Source: an uncultured Planctomycetia bacterium
GTDB lineage: Bacteria > Omnitrophota > Gorgyraeia > 2-02-FULL-51-18
Reading direction: 5' to 3'
DNA length: 64,000 nt
Assembly: GCA_964606485.1 (NCBI GenBank)
Contig: CAZSGP010000001.1
Span: 33,085-97,084, forward strand
The position numbers and the translations under genes were made by a program. Numbering within the stretch: position 1 is the stretch's first letter; the number at the start of each line of letters is the position of its first letter. Below the pieces are notes generated by a model that was not told the DNA's origin, made no database searches, and saw nothing but the letters and a program-made list of their open reading frames with translations. Of this stretch, positions 9,417 to 18,521 are shown in pieces.

Positions 9417-9785
9417 ATGGCTAAAAAGAAGATATTGGTGGTGGATGATGAGCAAGGGTTTCTCCAGCTCATGAGAGATTATTTTAAGCCGCTCGGGTAC
9501 GACGTGAACATTGCCTCCAATTTAGAAGACGCCATTGTTGCGTTTCGTCAGGAGCGCCCCAAGGTGGTGCTCCTTGATTTCAACATGCCGCTGATTACCG
9601 GCGAAAAGTTTTTGCCTCTCTTGCAAAGCGTCGAGCCGATGGTTCGCGCGATTGTCGTTTCCGGATGCCTCGTTGAGGAAGTAGAGGAGAAATTTAAAGG
9701 CCTCGGCTATTTCGCTTTCTTCCGCAAAGGGGATCTCTCCTTAGAAAAACTTCGTCAGAGCGTCGACGAAGCTCTCGCGTACTAA
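9417..9785 (+). CDS. stand-alone response-regulator receiver domain protein
   Basis: KILVVDDE ... LLDFNMP ... receiver fold with no output domain. Length is 122 aa. Confidence 0.85.
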   Translation: MAKKKILVVDDEQGFLQLMRDYFKPLGYDVNIASNLEDAIVAFRQERPKVVLLDFNMPLITGEKFLPLLQSVEPMVRAIVVSGCLVEEVEEKFKGLGYFAFFRKGDLSLEKLRQSVDEALAY

Positions 9786-9827
9786 ATTCATTACATTAAA
9801 ATCACTAGAAATTTTCTATTTTGGAGT

Positions 9828-9853
9828 GTATACTTATACCAGGTATGGGTATA
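9828..9853 (+). promoter_or_regulatory. imperfect inverted repeat, candidate CsoR operator upstream of csoR
   Basis: Half-sites TATACTTATACC and GGTATGGGTATA pair at 10 of 12 positions. The repeat overlaps the RBS region of csoR. Confidence 0.45.
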
Positions 9854-9865
9854 GGAGGGTGAATC

Positions 9866-10135
9866 ATGCTGAACGACACTACGAAAACCGATGTTTATTC
9901 TCGTTTAAAAAAAATTGAGGGTCAGGTGCGCGGCCTTGAAAAAATGGTCGACGAAAAACGTTATTGTATGGATATTTTAAATCAGGTAGCCGCGGTGCGC
10001 AGTGCACTGGATAGTGTTAGTATGGTCATGCTCAAGCGGCATATGGAAACCTGTGTTTCAAGCGCAATTCGAGATGGTCGCTCAAAAGCGGTGATTGATG
10101 AGATTATTGATTCGGTGGGGAGGTTTGTACGATGA
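9866..10135 (+). CDS. csoR: CsoR/RcnR-family metal-sensing transcriptional repressor
   Basis: DUF156 fold with the C-H-C ligand pattern (YCMDIL ... HMETC). It sits immediately upstream of a heavy-metal RND efflux operon. Confidence 0.85.
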   Translation: MLNDTTKTDVYSRLKKIEGQVRGLEKMVDEKRYCMDILNQVAAVRSALDSVSMVMLKRHMETCVSSAIRDGRSKAVIDEIIDSVGRFVR

Positions 10136-11334
10136 ATTCTAAGGGAAGCTCGCTTATTCGGATTTTATTGGTCGCGCTCATTATTTTAGGGGTCATCGGT
10201 GGAATTTTTTATGTCCGAACCAAAGGAGGTTTTAGTTCGAAGAGTGCGTCTACCCATGCCCATCAGGCGAAATACCATTGCCCTATGCACCCGGACTACG
10301 TTTCGGACAAACCGGGTGATTGCCCCATTTGTCATATGAAACTCGTTTTGATGCCGACTCAAGAGATGGATTTAGCGGCTTCCAAGGATGATTCTAAGGA
10401 ATCCTGCGCGGTTCATGAATGCTCTATGATGAAAGAAGGCCAGTCGTGTCCCATGCTTGTTATTTCTGAAAAGGGCGAGTGGATGGAATGCCCCGTTTGT
10501 AGGCAGAAAATCGATGAAAAAAAAGAGCAGCTCTCTGAGGCGGGTTACGCGGCGATCTTGCTTAGCCCCGAAAAGCAGCAGATGATCGGCGTGCGGAAAG
10601 TGGATGTTGCTAAGCGCACCATGACCAAAACCCTTCACGTGCCTGGAAAAATTGCGTACGACCCTGAGCTTTATCAGGCCCAGATTGAATATTTAAAAGC
10701 GCTGAAGCAGGTTAAGTACGCGCCTGTTCAGGCTACCTGGGTCAAAAGTTTAATGGAAAGCGTGCGCGTCAAAATGGTGCTGATGGGCCTTGATCAGACT
10801 ATGATTTCTCAAATTGCCAAGCAAACCATTGCCGACAAAAGCTTGATTTCGTTAGAGCCAAATGGCAGCGCTTGGATTTATGCCAATATTTTTGAATACG
10901 AAATCGGTCTTGTGAAATCGGGAGATAAAATCACGATTGATGCGCCGTCTTTATCCGGAAAGACTTTAGAGGGAGAAATTCGCGCGATCGACGCTCTGGT
11001 GGACCCTGTGACGCGCACGGTGAAAGTCCGGGCGGTCGTGCAAAATCAAAATGGATTGCTCAAGTCCGACATGTTTGTGAATGTGCAACTTAAAACGAAT
11101 TTGGGAGACGTGCTGGCTGTTCCGGAAGAGTCGGTGTTCTTATCGGGCAAGCGCGCCTTTATTTTTGTGGATAAAGGGGAAGGATTGTTCGACCCGCGTC
11201 CGGTGGTGCTAGGCAGCTTAGCGGACGGTTTTTACGAAGTTAAAAGCGGCGCATTGGAAGGGGAAAAGGTGCTCGCCAACGGTAATTTTCTAGTGGATTC
11301 CGAAAGTAAGTTAAAAGCGGCACTTTCCCAATAA
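10132..11334 (+). CDS. cusB: RND efflux periplasmic adaptor (CusB-like) with N-terminal heavy-metal-binding domain
   Basis: YHCPMHPDYVSDKPGDCPICHMKL is an HMBD-type motif. CxxC and CPVC pairs follow, then the membrane-fusion-protein beta-barrel/lipoyl regions. Confidence 0.85.
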   Translation: MNSKGSSLIRILLVALIILGVIGGIFYVRTKGGFSSKSASTHAHQAKYHCPMHPDYVSDKPGDCPICHMKLVLMPTQEMDLAASKDDSKESCAVHECSMMKEGQSCPMLVISEKGEWMECPVCRQKIDEKKEQLSEAGYAAILLSPEKQQMIGVRKVDVAKRTMTKTLHVPGKIAYDPELYQAQIEYLKALKQVKYAPVQATWVKSLMESVRVKMVLMGLDQTMISQIAKQTIADKSLISLEPNGSAWIYANIFEYEIGLVKSGDKITIDAPSLSGKTLEGEIRAIDALVDPVTRTVKVRAVVQNQNGLLKSDMFVNVQLKTNLGDVLAVPEESVFLSGKRAFIFVDKGEGLFDPRPVVLGSLADGFYEVKSGALEGEKVLANGNFLVDSESKLKAALSQ

Positions 11335-11352
11335 TTTTAAGTCGAGGCTCTG

Positions 11353-14300
11353 ATGATTGAAAAATTAATCGAGTTTTCTGCCAAAAATAAATTCCTCGTT
11401 CTCATTCTAACGGCTGTAGCCGTGGTTTTTGCGGTTGTTTGTCTGCGCCGCGTGCCTCTCGACGCCATTCCCGATCTTTCTGACACGCAAGTCATTGTGT
11501 ATTCGCGCTGGGACCGCAGTCCCGATATTTTAGAAGACCAGGTGACGTACCCCATTGTCAGCGCTTTGCTTGGCGCGCCCAAAGTAAAAGATATCCGCGC
11601 TTTTTCCGATTTTGGATTTTCGTATGTGTACGTGATTTTCGAAGACGGCACCGATATTTACTGGGCGCGAAGCCGGGTGCTCGAGTATTTGAATAAAATT
11701 CTCCCCAATCTTCCGGAGGGCGTCAAAACAGAGCTTGGTCCCGACGCCACGGGTGTGGGTTGGGTGTATCAGTATGCGCTAGTCGACCATAGTGGCAAGC
11801 GATCGCTTGCGGAACTCAGGTCTTATCAGGATTGGAATTTGCGCTACAGCCTTCAATCGGTTCCAGGCGTCGCGGAAGTAGCGTCCATCGGCGGATTTCA
11901 AAAGCAGTATCAGATCAATGTGGACCCTAATAAATTATCCGCAGCGAGTGTGACTTTGAGTGAGGTTATTGAAGCGGTTCGCGCCGGCAATAACGATGTC
12001 GGTGGGCGGCTCATGGAAATAGGCGGCGCCGAATACATGGTGCGCGGCCGCGGCTATGCCAAATCAACAGCTGACTTAGAAAATATTGTCGTTAAAACGG
12101 ATAACAAAGGTACGCCAATTCTCGTTCGAAACGTCGCTTCCGTCGTGATGGGGCCGCAGATCCGCCGAGGCGTTTCTGATTTGGACGGGGAAGGCGATAC
12201 TGTTGGCGGCATCATTGTGATGCGCTCGGGTGAAAATGCGCTCAATGTGATTGACCGCGTCAAAGAGCGCATTCGGGAATTAAAACCCTATTTGCCGGAG
12301 GGAGTTGAAATTATCCCGACGTATGACCGCTCGGAGCTGATTCATCGCGCCATTCATACGCTGACGAGTCAGCTGCGCGAAGAAATGATTATCGTAAGCC
12401 TCATCATCCTTATATTTTTATGGCATATTCCATCGGCTATTATTCCAATTGTGACGATACCCGTGTCGGTGCTCTTAGCGTTCATCCCGATGTATTTCAT
12501 GGGCCTTACCTCTAATATCATGTCGCTTGCGGGTATTGCCATCTCCATTGGCGTTTTGGTAGACGGAGCGATTGTGGAAGTGGAGAACGCCTATAAAAAA
12601 TTAGAAATTTGGCAGGAGGAGGGGCGAAAGGGGGATTTTCATGAGGTGCGTCTCAACGCTCTGAAGGAAGTGGGGCCGTCGGTCTTTTTTTCACTTCTCG
12701 TGATCGCGGTGGCGTTTATGCCGATTTTTACTTTGGTGGATCAAGAGGGTCGTCTATTTAAACCATTGGCTTTTAGTAAAAATATTGCGATGGCGATTGC
12801 GGCGCTCCTCGCGGTAACCCTCGATCCGGCGCTTCGTATGCTTTTTACGCGCATGGATGGATTTACCTTTAAGCCTAAATGGGCCGCAAATATTGTGAAC
12901 GCGGTCACCGTCGGAAAGTATTACTCAGAAGAAAAACACCCAATTAGCCGAAGACTTTTCAAAATTTACGAACCGGCAGTTCGCTTTACGCTGAAGTATA
13001 AAAAAGCAACCATCGCTGGCGCCATTATTTTATTTTTAGCGACGATTCCCGCGTACCTGCATCTTGGGACAGAATTCATGCCGCCCTTAAATGAGGGCGC
13101 TATTTTATACATGCCCACGACACTTCCGGGAATATCCGTCACGGAAGCGCAAAAGCTATTGCAGTCTCAGGATAAAATACTCAAAAGTTTTCCAGAGGTG
13201 GAGCGTGTATTTGGAAAAGCGGGGCGCGCCGAAACGTCGACGGACCCTGCTCCATTTTCAATGATGGAAACCACCGTGGTTTTAAAACCAAAAGATCAGT
13301 GGCGCAAAGGGTTGAGCTACGAAGATTTGGTGAATGAGATGGACCAAAAACTTCAAATTCCGGGTGTCACGAACGCGTGGACCATGCCGATTAAAAACCG
13401 CATTGACATGCTGTCGACCGGTATCCGCACCCCCGTAGGTGTGAAGATTTACGGGTCCGACTTGAATACGATTGAAAAAATTGGAAAAGACGTAGAGCTT
13501 GCCGTTCGGGACGTGAAAGGCGTGCGCAGTGTGTACGCCGAGCGCGTGGCGGGTGGGTATTTCCTGGATTTTGATTTTAAGCGCGAGGAGCTTGCGCGTT
13601 ACGGCCTCTCAATGGAATCTGCACAGGAAGCCATCATGTCTGCCATTGGCGGGGACAATGTCACAACAGTGATCGAAGAGCGTGAGCGATACTCGGTGAA
13701 CGTGCGCTACGCGCGTGAATTTCGAGAAAATGTAGAAGATTTAAAGCGAGTGCTTGTGTCGACACCGGCGGGCTTGCAAATCCCACTGGCTCAAATTTCC
13801 GAGATTCGCATGGTCCAAGGACCATCCATGATTCGCGATGAAAATGGCCGGCTTTCCGGATACGTTTATGTCGACATGGCTGGCCGCGACGTTGGTAGCT
13901 TTGTAAACGACGCCAAAAAAGCGGTGTCTGAGCGCGTGATGGTTCCCGAAGGGTACTCCATTCTTTGGAGCGGGCAGTACGAAAATATGATCCGTGTGCA
14001 GAAGCGACTCATGCTCGTTGTACCACTAACCTTATTCTTAATTATCTTTCTGCTTTATTGGAATACTCATTCGTGGGTAAAGACCGGCATCGTGATGCTC
14101 GCTGTCCCATTTTCACTGATCGGCGCCATTTGGTTTCAGCATTTTTTAGGTTACAACATTTCCATCGCGTCGTGGGTCGGAATGATCGCTTTGATGGGGC
14201 TCGATGCCGAGACGGGTGTGTTCATGTTGCTGTACCTCGACATTTCCTACAAAGAAGCAGTGGATAAAAATAAAATGAATTCAAAGACCGACCTCGAAGA

Positions 14301-14526
14301 AGCGGTGATTCACGGCGCCGTGAAACGCATTCGCCCCAAAATGATGACGGTGTGCGCAGCCATGATCGGGCTCTTGCCGATCATGTGGTCGTTTGGAACA
14401 GGTGCGGACATGATGAAGCGCATCGCAGCCCCCATGATCGGCGGCCTTTTGACCAGTTTTGTAATGGAGTTATTGGTTTATCCGCCCATTTATTATTGGT
14501 GGAAGTCCAAACATGTCAAAAGCTGA
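11353..14526 (+). CDS. cusA: CusA/CzcA-family heavy-metal efflux RND transporter
   Basis: 1057 aa with 12 TM helices and two large periplasmic loops, as in the HME-RND family. Confidence 0.93.
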   Translation: MIEKLIEFSAKNKFLVLILTAVAVVFAVVCLRRVPLDAIPDLSDTQVIVYSRWDRSPDILEDQVTYPIVSALLGAPKVKDIRAFSDFGFSYVYVIFEDGTDIYWARSRVLEYLNKILPNLPEGVKTELGPDATGVGWVYQYALVDHSGKRSLAELRSYQDWNLRYSLQSVPGVAEVASIGGFQKQYQINVDPNKLSAASVTLSEVIEAVRAGNNDVGGRLMEIGGAEYMVRGRGYAKSTADLENIVVKTDNKGTPILVRNVASVVMGPQIRRGVSDLDGEGDTVGGIIVMRSGENALNVIDRVKERIRELKPYLPEGVEIIPTYDRSELIHRAIHTLTSQLREEMIIVSLIILIFLWHIPSAIIPIVTIPVSVLLAFIPMYFMGLTSNIMSLAGIAISIGVLVDGAIVEVENAYKKLEIWQEEGRKGDFHEVRLNALKEVGPSVFFSLLVIAVAFMPIFTLVDQEGRLFKPLAFSKNIAMAIAALLAVTLDPALRMLFTRMDGFTFKPKWAANIVNAVTVGKYYSEEKHPISRRLFKIYEPAVRFTLKYKKATIAGAIILFLATIPAYLHLGTEFMPPLNEGAILYMPTTLPGISVTEAQKLLQSQDKILKSFPEVERVFGKAGRAETSTDPAPFSMMETTVVLKPKDQWRKGLSYEDLVNEMDQKLQIPGVTNAWTMPIKNRIDMLSTGIRTPVGVKIYGSDLNTIEKIGKDVELAVRDVKGVRSVYAERVAGGYFLDFDFKREELARYGLSMESAQEAIMSAIGGDNVTTVIEERERYSVNVRYAREFRENVEDLKRVLVSTPAGLQIPLAQISEIRMVQGPSMIRDENGRLSGYVYVDMAGRDVGSFVNDAKKAVSERVMVPEGYSILWSGQYENMIRVQKRLMLVVPLTLFLIIFLLYWNTHSWVKTGIVMLAVPFSLIGAIWFQHFLGYNISIASWVGMIALMGLDAETGVFMLLYLDISYKEAVDKNKMNSKTDLEEAVIHGAVKRIRPKMMTVCAAMIGLLPIMWSFGTGADMMKRIAAPMIGGLLTSFVMELLVYPPIYYWWKSKHVKS

Positions 14527-15580
14527 TTGCTGTCACGCTACGCAAGAAGCGACTAGCCCTCATTCTCACCCAAGAAAAAAGTTTTATAAAAATTCCAATT
14601 TATGGATAACGATCATTTTTGCTTTGTTGTATTTAGGCGCATGCTGCTTTTCAAAATTTCATTTTTTCAGAGAAACGGTCGGCATGTATTTTGGACAAAT
14701 GATTTGGGCTGTGACGCTGGGTTGGCTTCTAGGGGGCGTTTTAGACCGTTACGTGCCGCGCGAATATGTCTCCAAACTGCTTTCTCGGAATAAAAAACGG
14801 TCGATTGGCTATGCGGTGTTGCTGGGATTTTTGATGAGCGCTTGCAGTCACGGAATATTGGCACTTTCGATAGAGCTTCACAAAAAAGGGGCGTCAAATC
14901 CGGTCGTCGTAAGCTTTTTACTGGCAAGCCCCTGGGCGAATTTGCCAATTACGCTGTTGCTAGTGGGATTATTTGGCCTAAAAGCGCTTTATATTATTTT
15001 TGGAGCGCTGGTCGTGGCTTTGACGACGGGCTTGATTTTTCAACGACTCGAAAAATGGAGACTCATCGAAAGCAATCCTTTTACGTTGAATCTCGAGGTT
15101 GGATTTTCGGTGCGCGCGGACATTGCTCGTCGGCTTAAAAATTATAAATTTAGTTTCCGATCTCTACTGCTAGACGGGAAGGCAATTTTGTTGGGTTCGT
15201 GGGCTCTCGTCGAAATGACATGGGGCTGGATTCTTCTAGGTGTGGGTTTATCAGCTTTGTCAGCCGCTCTGATCCCGCCCGATATTTTTAAAAATTATAT
15301 GGGTCCGACATTCACGGGGATGCTTGCGACTTTGTTGCTGGCCACGGTGCTGGAAGTTTGTTCGGAAGGCACTGCTCCGCTCAGTTTTGAAATTTTTAAA
15401 CAAACAGGAGCGTTTGGAAATGCTTTTGTATTTCTGATGGCCGGTGTTATTACAGACTATACGGAGATTGGGCTCATCTGGAAAAATATCGGTCGCAAAA
15501 CAGCACTCTGGATACCGGCGATTGCCGTGCCTCAAGTTCTCATTTTGGGGCTTCTTGCGAATTTCATCTTTCGTTGTTAG
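14513..15580 (+). CDS. DUF318/ArsP-like permease (SO_0444-type putative Cu/Zn efflux permease) with Cys/His-rich N-terminus
   Basis: N-terminal CCHATQEATSPHSHP followed by about 8 TM helices. Its operon position after cusA supports a metal-transport role. Confidence 0.65.
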   Translation: MSKADCCHATQEATSPHSHPRKKFYKNSNLWITIIFALLYLGACCFSKFHFFRETVGMYFGQMIWAVTLGWLLGGVLDRYVPREYVSKLLSRNKKRSIGYAVLLGFLMSACSHGILALSIELHKKGASNPVVVSFLLASPWANLPITLLLVGLFGLKALYIIFGALVVALTTGLIFQRLEKWRLIESNPFTLNLEVGFSVRADIARRLKNYKFSFRSLLLDGKAILLGSWALVEMTWGWILLGVGLSALSAALIPPDIFKNYMGPTFTGMLATLLLATVLEVCSEGTAPLSFEIFKQTGAFGNAFVFLMAGVITDYTEIGLIWKNIGRKTALWIPAIAVPQVLILGLLANFIFRC

Positions 15581-15608
15581 TCTATTACCATAGAAAAAGG
15601 GAGTACCC

Positions 15609-16349
15609 ATGAAAAAACAAGCCATTTTGACCGTAGTAGGTATTGCAGTTGCACTGTTTGCGGTGAGCATTCTAAAAAATGTTGCCACAGGTACCGCAAT
15701 TTCAACGACACTTTCGCAGGTGATGCACGCATCTGTGAAGCTTGGAAAAACAAATATTAGTTTTGCCAAGGCAGCAATCAAGCTCGAAAATATTCAAATT
15801 TCAAACCCCAGCGGTTTTCCGGCTGGCGTGATGGTGGATGTCCCGCTCGTGGCGATTGATTTTCAGCCAGCGGAGCTTTTGCAGAAAAAGATCCATTTTG
15901 GAAACGTGGCACTGGATCTCAAAGAGCTTGTCGTGGTTAAAAATAAAGCCGGTGAGATTAATCTGAATGCCCTTAAACCCAAAGAGGACGCAAAAGACAA
16001 AGAAAAGAAGCCGACCAAGTCGGATTATAAACTTCAGATCGACAGGCTTGATTTGAGCATTGGTAAGGTTGTTTATATGGACTATAGCGGCGGAGGAGAG
16101 CCGAAAGTTCAGACCTTCGATATCAACATTAAGAATCGGGAATTTAAGAACATTTCAAACCCCACCGCCATGGTGAGCGTGATCATGATGGAGGCTTTAA
16201 CGCGCACCACTTTATCTAAAATCACCAATTTGGATGTAGGTTTTCTTAAAGATCAGGCCGGTGACGTGCTTTCGGGGAGTCTTGGACTCGTAGGGGATGG
16301 GGCCGACAAGGTTCAATCCACTGCCAAAAGTTTGCTTAAGCTATTTTAA
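15609..16349 (+). CDS. exported hypothetical protein
   Basis: Signal peptide MKKQAILTVVGIAVALFAVS. An RBS (aaaagggag) lies upstream. No confident family match. Confidence 0.6.
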   Translation: MKKQAILTVVGIAVALFAVSILKNVATGTAISTTLSQVMHASVKLGKTNISFAKAAIKLENIQISNPSGFPAGVMVDVPLVAIDFQPAELLQKKIHFGNVALDLKELVVVKNKAGEINLNALKPKEDAKDKEKKPTKSDYKLQIDRLDLSIGKVVYMDYSGGGEPKVQTFDINIKNREFKNISNPTAMVSVIMMEALTRTTLSKITNLDVGFLKDQAGDVLSGSLGLVGDGADKVQSTAKSLLKLF

Positions 16350-16373
16350 GCTAATTTCATCCTTTTAAGAATA

Positions 16374-16418
16374 AACCGTAACTCTTTGTATTCAATGGGG
16401 TTACGGTTTATTATTTTT
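16374..16418 (+). terminator. rho-independent terminator
   Basis: Perfect 10-bp stem AAACCGTAAC / GTTACGGTTT with an 18-nt loop, followed by a T-run. Confidence 0.7.
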
Positions 16419-16459
16419 AGTAAATATATTATATAATTAGTTAAGAATACATAGAAAAG

Positions 16460-16488
16460 TTGACAAATACTAATTATTAATGTATGGT
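16460..16488 (+). promoter_or_regulatory. candidate sigma70 promoter
   Basis: TTGACA, a 17-nt spacer, then TATGGT, inside an about 110-nt AT-rich tract upstream of the second HTH gene. Confidence 0.5.
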
Positions 16489-16527
16489 TTCCATAGATTG
16501 TTACGCGTTCGAGGGAGGACGCTTATT

Positions 16528-16767
16528 ATGGAACCTATGAATAATAGCAATAACGCTGATTCGGCAAAGCCGCACAAGGTCTCTTCAAAACGGACCCAAA
16601 TCATGACAACCAAGGAACTTGCAAAGTACCTGGGAGTGCATGAGATGACGGTTTACCGCTGGCTTAAAAAAGGGGTAATCCCTGGCTTTAAGATCGGTGG
16701 GCGCTGGCGCAGCAAGAAGGATTTGCTCGACGCTTATCTGATGAATCAACAGCCTCACGCAGCCTAA
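16528..16767 (+). CDS. excisionase-family helix-turn-helix DNA-binding protein (paralog 2)
   Basis: MTTKELAKYLGVHEMTVYRWLKKGVIPGFKIGGRWRSKKDLLDAYL. The start is set at MEPMNN with an RBS (gagggagga); the ORF track begins at 16480. Confidence 0.8.
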   Translation: MEPMNNSNNADSAKPHKVSSKRTQIMTTKELAKYLGVHEMTVYRWLKKGVIPGFKIGGRWRSKKDLLDAYLMNQQPHAA

Positions 16768-16814
16768 AGCTTGCAGCGTGTGGATTGCCTTGATCTGATA
16801 TAATTCTTCGGGTC

Positions 16815-17270
16815 ATGGAAAAAAGTTGGATCGTAGACGGCTACAATTTACTTCACAGTGGTGACAGGTGTTCATCACAAAAGCAGTCCCGTGAGGATCT
16901 TCTCACGAAACTCGCGAACTTTGCCTCGGTGGAGATGAGCCGCGTCACGGTCGTCCTTGATGGCAAGGGACCTCAGTCGGAGCTCGACAAATACCACACC
17001 TCGTTTTTCGAGGCGGTGTACTCTCAAGAGATTCCGGCCGATGCGTTCATCGAAAAGTTAGCCTCCAAAAGCCCTTCTAAACTAGCAACGACAGTGGTAA
17101 CATCGGACCGTGCCATTCAGAACATGGCTTTCGGCTCAGGTGTTTGTGTGGTGAGTTCCAGCGAGTTTAGCCAAACCCTAAAAGAATTTGACAAGAATTT
17201 AAACGACACGTTATTTAAAAAGAAATTTGAATCCCATGGCTTCAATCGTCCTTTCGAAAAAAAATTTTGA
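16815..17270 (+). CDS. NYN-domain (YacP-like) predicted RNase
   Basis: The N-terminus WIVDGYNLLH and TVVLDGKG are characteristic of the YacP/NYN family. Confidence 0.8.
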   Translation: MEKSWIVDGYNLLHSGDRCSSQKQSREDLLTKLANFASVEMSRVTVVLDGKGPQSELDKYHTSFFEAVYSQEIPADAFIEKLASKSPSKLATTVVTSDRAIQNMAFGSGVCVVSSSEFSQTLKEFDKNLNDTLFKKKFESHGFNRPFEKKF

Positions 17271-18393
17271 TCACCCATGGATTTACCGGAGTCTGATCCG
17301 GGAAATCACGGGAACTCCCGTAGATGGATCTGTTGTGGACGTGCTGTCTTCGTCGAAGCAGTTTCTTGCAAAGGCCTACTTTAATTCCAAATCTGAAATC
17401 ACCGTTCGAGCGCTCACGCGCGAAAATCGGCCCATTGATGCTTCCTTTTTTTCTGAAAAAATTAAAAAGGCTGTTGAGTATCGCAAACGCTTTGTGACCG
17501 ATACGAATGCTTACCGCCTTATTTCTAGCGAAGCGGATGATCTTCCGGGTGTGATCGTTGATTTTTATGCAGATATTCTCGTCCTGCAAATTTTAACACT
17601 CGGCATGGAAAAAATGCGGCCACTCATTTTAGCGGCCCTGGAAGCGCATGTTTCGGTAAAGGGAATTTACGAGAAGAGTGATTCTAATTCGAGATCCCTG
17701 GAGGGGTTGGAGCCAAGGGTGGGTTGGATTCGTCAGGATTGTGGAGCGGATGTAGAAGTTTATGAAGGAAAAATTCGTTATTCAGTCCCACTCGGCGGGG
17801 GACATAAAACGGGGTTTTATTTGGATCAACGCGAAAACCGTTTAGGCCTTGCTGCTTCACCCATTCGCGGAAAAGTACTCGATGCTTTTTGTTATACCGG
17901 GGGGTTTGGTTTGCATCTAGCCGCCAAAGGCTGCCAAGTTTTGGGGATTGACCAAAGTGAAGAGGCTTTAAAGCAGGCGGAGGCAAACCGCGAACTCAAT
18001 GGGATTTCTAAAGACAGACTCCAGTTTAAGTGCGCCAATGTTTTTGATGAGCTCAAAAATTTTGACAAGGCGAAGGAAAAATTCGACTGCGTGATTTTGG
18101 ACCCGCCCTCATTTGTGAAGCGTAAAAAAGAGCTCGATGGAGCTCTTTCCGGTTACAAAGAAATCATCCTCCGTTCCCTTAAAATTTTAAACCCCGAATC
18201 TTATTTGTCTGTTTTTTCCTGCTCTTATCACGTGGGGGACGATCTTTTGATGCAGGTCGTGCTCAACGCAGCCTTCGACACCCGCCGGGAAATCAAACTG
18301 ATCAAATTTTTAAAACAGTCGGTCGATCACCCCATCAACCCTTTTATCCCCGAATCGTACTATCTCAAAGGCTTTCTATTTTTTGTCCAATAA
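17227..18393 (+). CDS. class I SAM-dependent rRNA methyltransferase, RlmI-like (PUA plus MTase)
   Basis: N-terminal PUA-like region, then VLDAFCYTGGFGLHLA (SAM motif I) and ILDPPSF (motif IV). The exact start is uncertain; 17227 and 17236 are both possible. Confidence 0.85.
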   Translation: MNPMASIVLSKKNFDHPWIYRSLIREITGTPVDGSVVDVLSSSKQFLAKAYFNSKSEITVRALTRENRPIDASFFSEKIKKAVEYRKRFVTDTNAYRLISSEADDLPGVIVDFYADILVLQILTLGMEKMRPLILAALEAHVSVKGIYEKSDSNSRSLEGLEPRVGWIRQDCGADVEVYEGKIRYSVPLGGGHKTGFYLDQRENRLGLAASPIRGKVLDAFCYTGGFGLHLAAKGCQVLGIDQSEEALKQAEANRELNGISKDRLQFKCANVFDELKNFDKAKEKFDCVILDPPSFVKRKKELDGALSGYKEIILRSLKILNPESYLSVFSCSYHVGDDLLMQVVLNAAFDTRREIKLIKFLKQSVDHPINPFIPESYYLKGFLFFVQ

Positions 18394-18521
18394 ATAAGTC
18401 ATAACCTACTGTTATAAATAAGGTTATAGATCTATTAAATCGCTATCTTCTGCTTGATTTCAGCCACTTCTAATGTAAACTTTAATTAAGGATAGTTAAT
18501 ATTAATTATTCTTAGTAAGGA

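Noticed and set aside
12054-14267. Antisense or alternative-frame ORFs inside cusA (12054..12272 minus strand, 13965..14267 plus strand)
   Set aside because: They are embedded in a 1057-aa RND pump gene of unambiguous identity.
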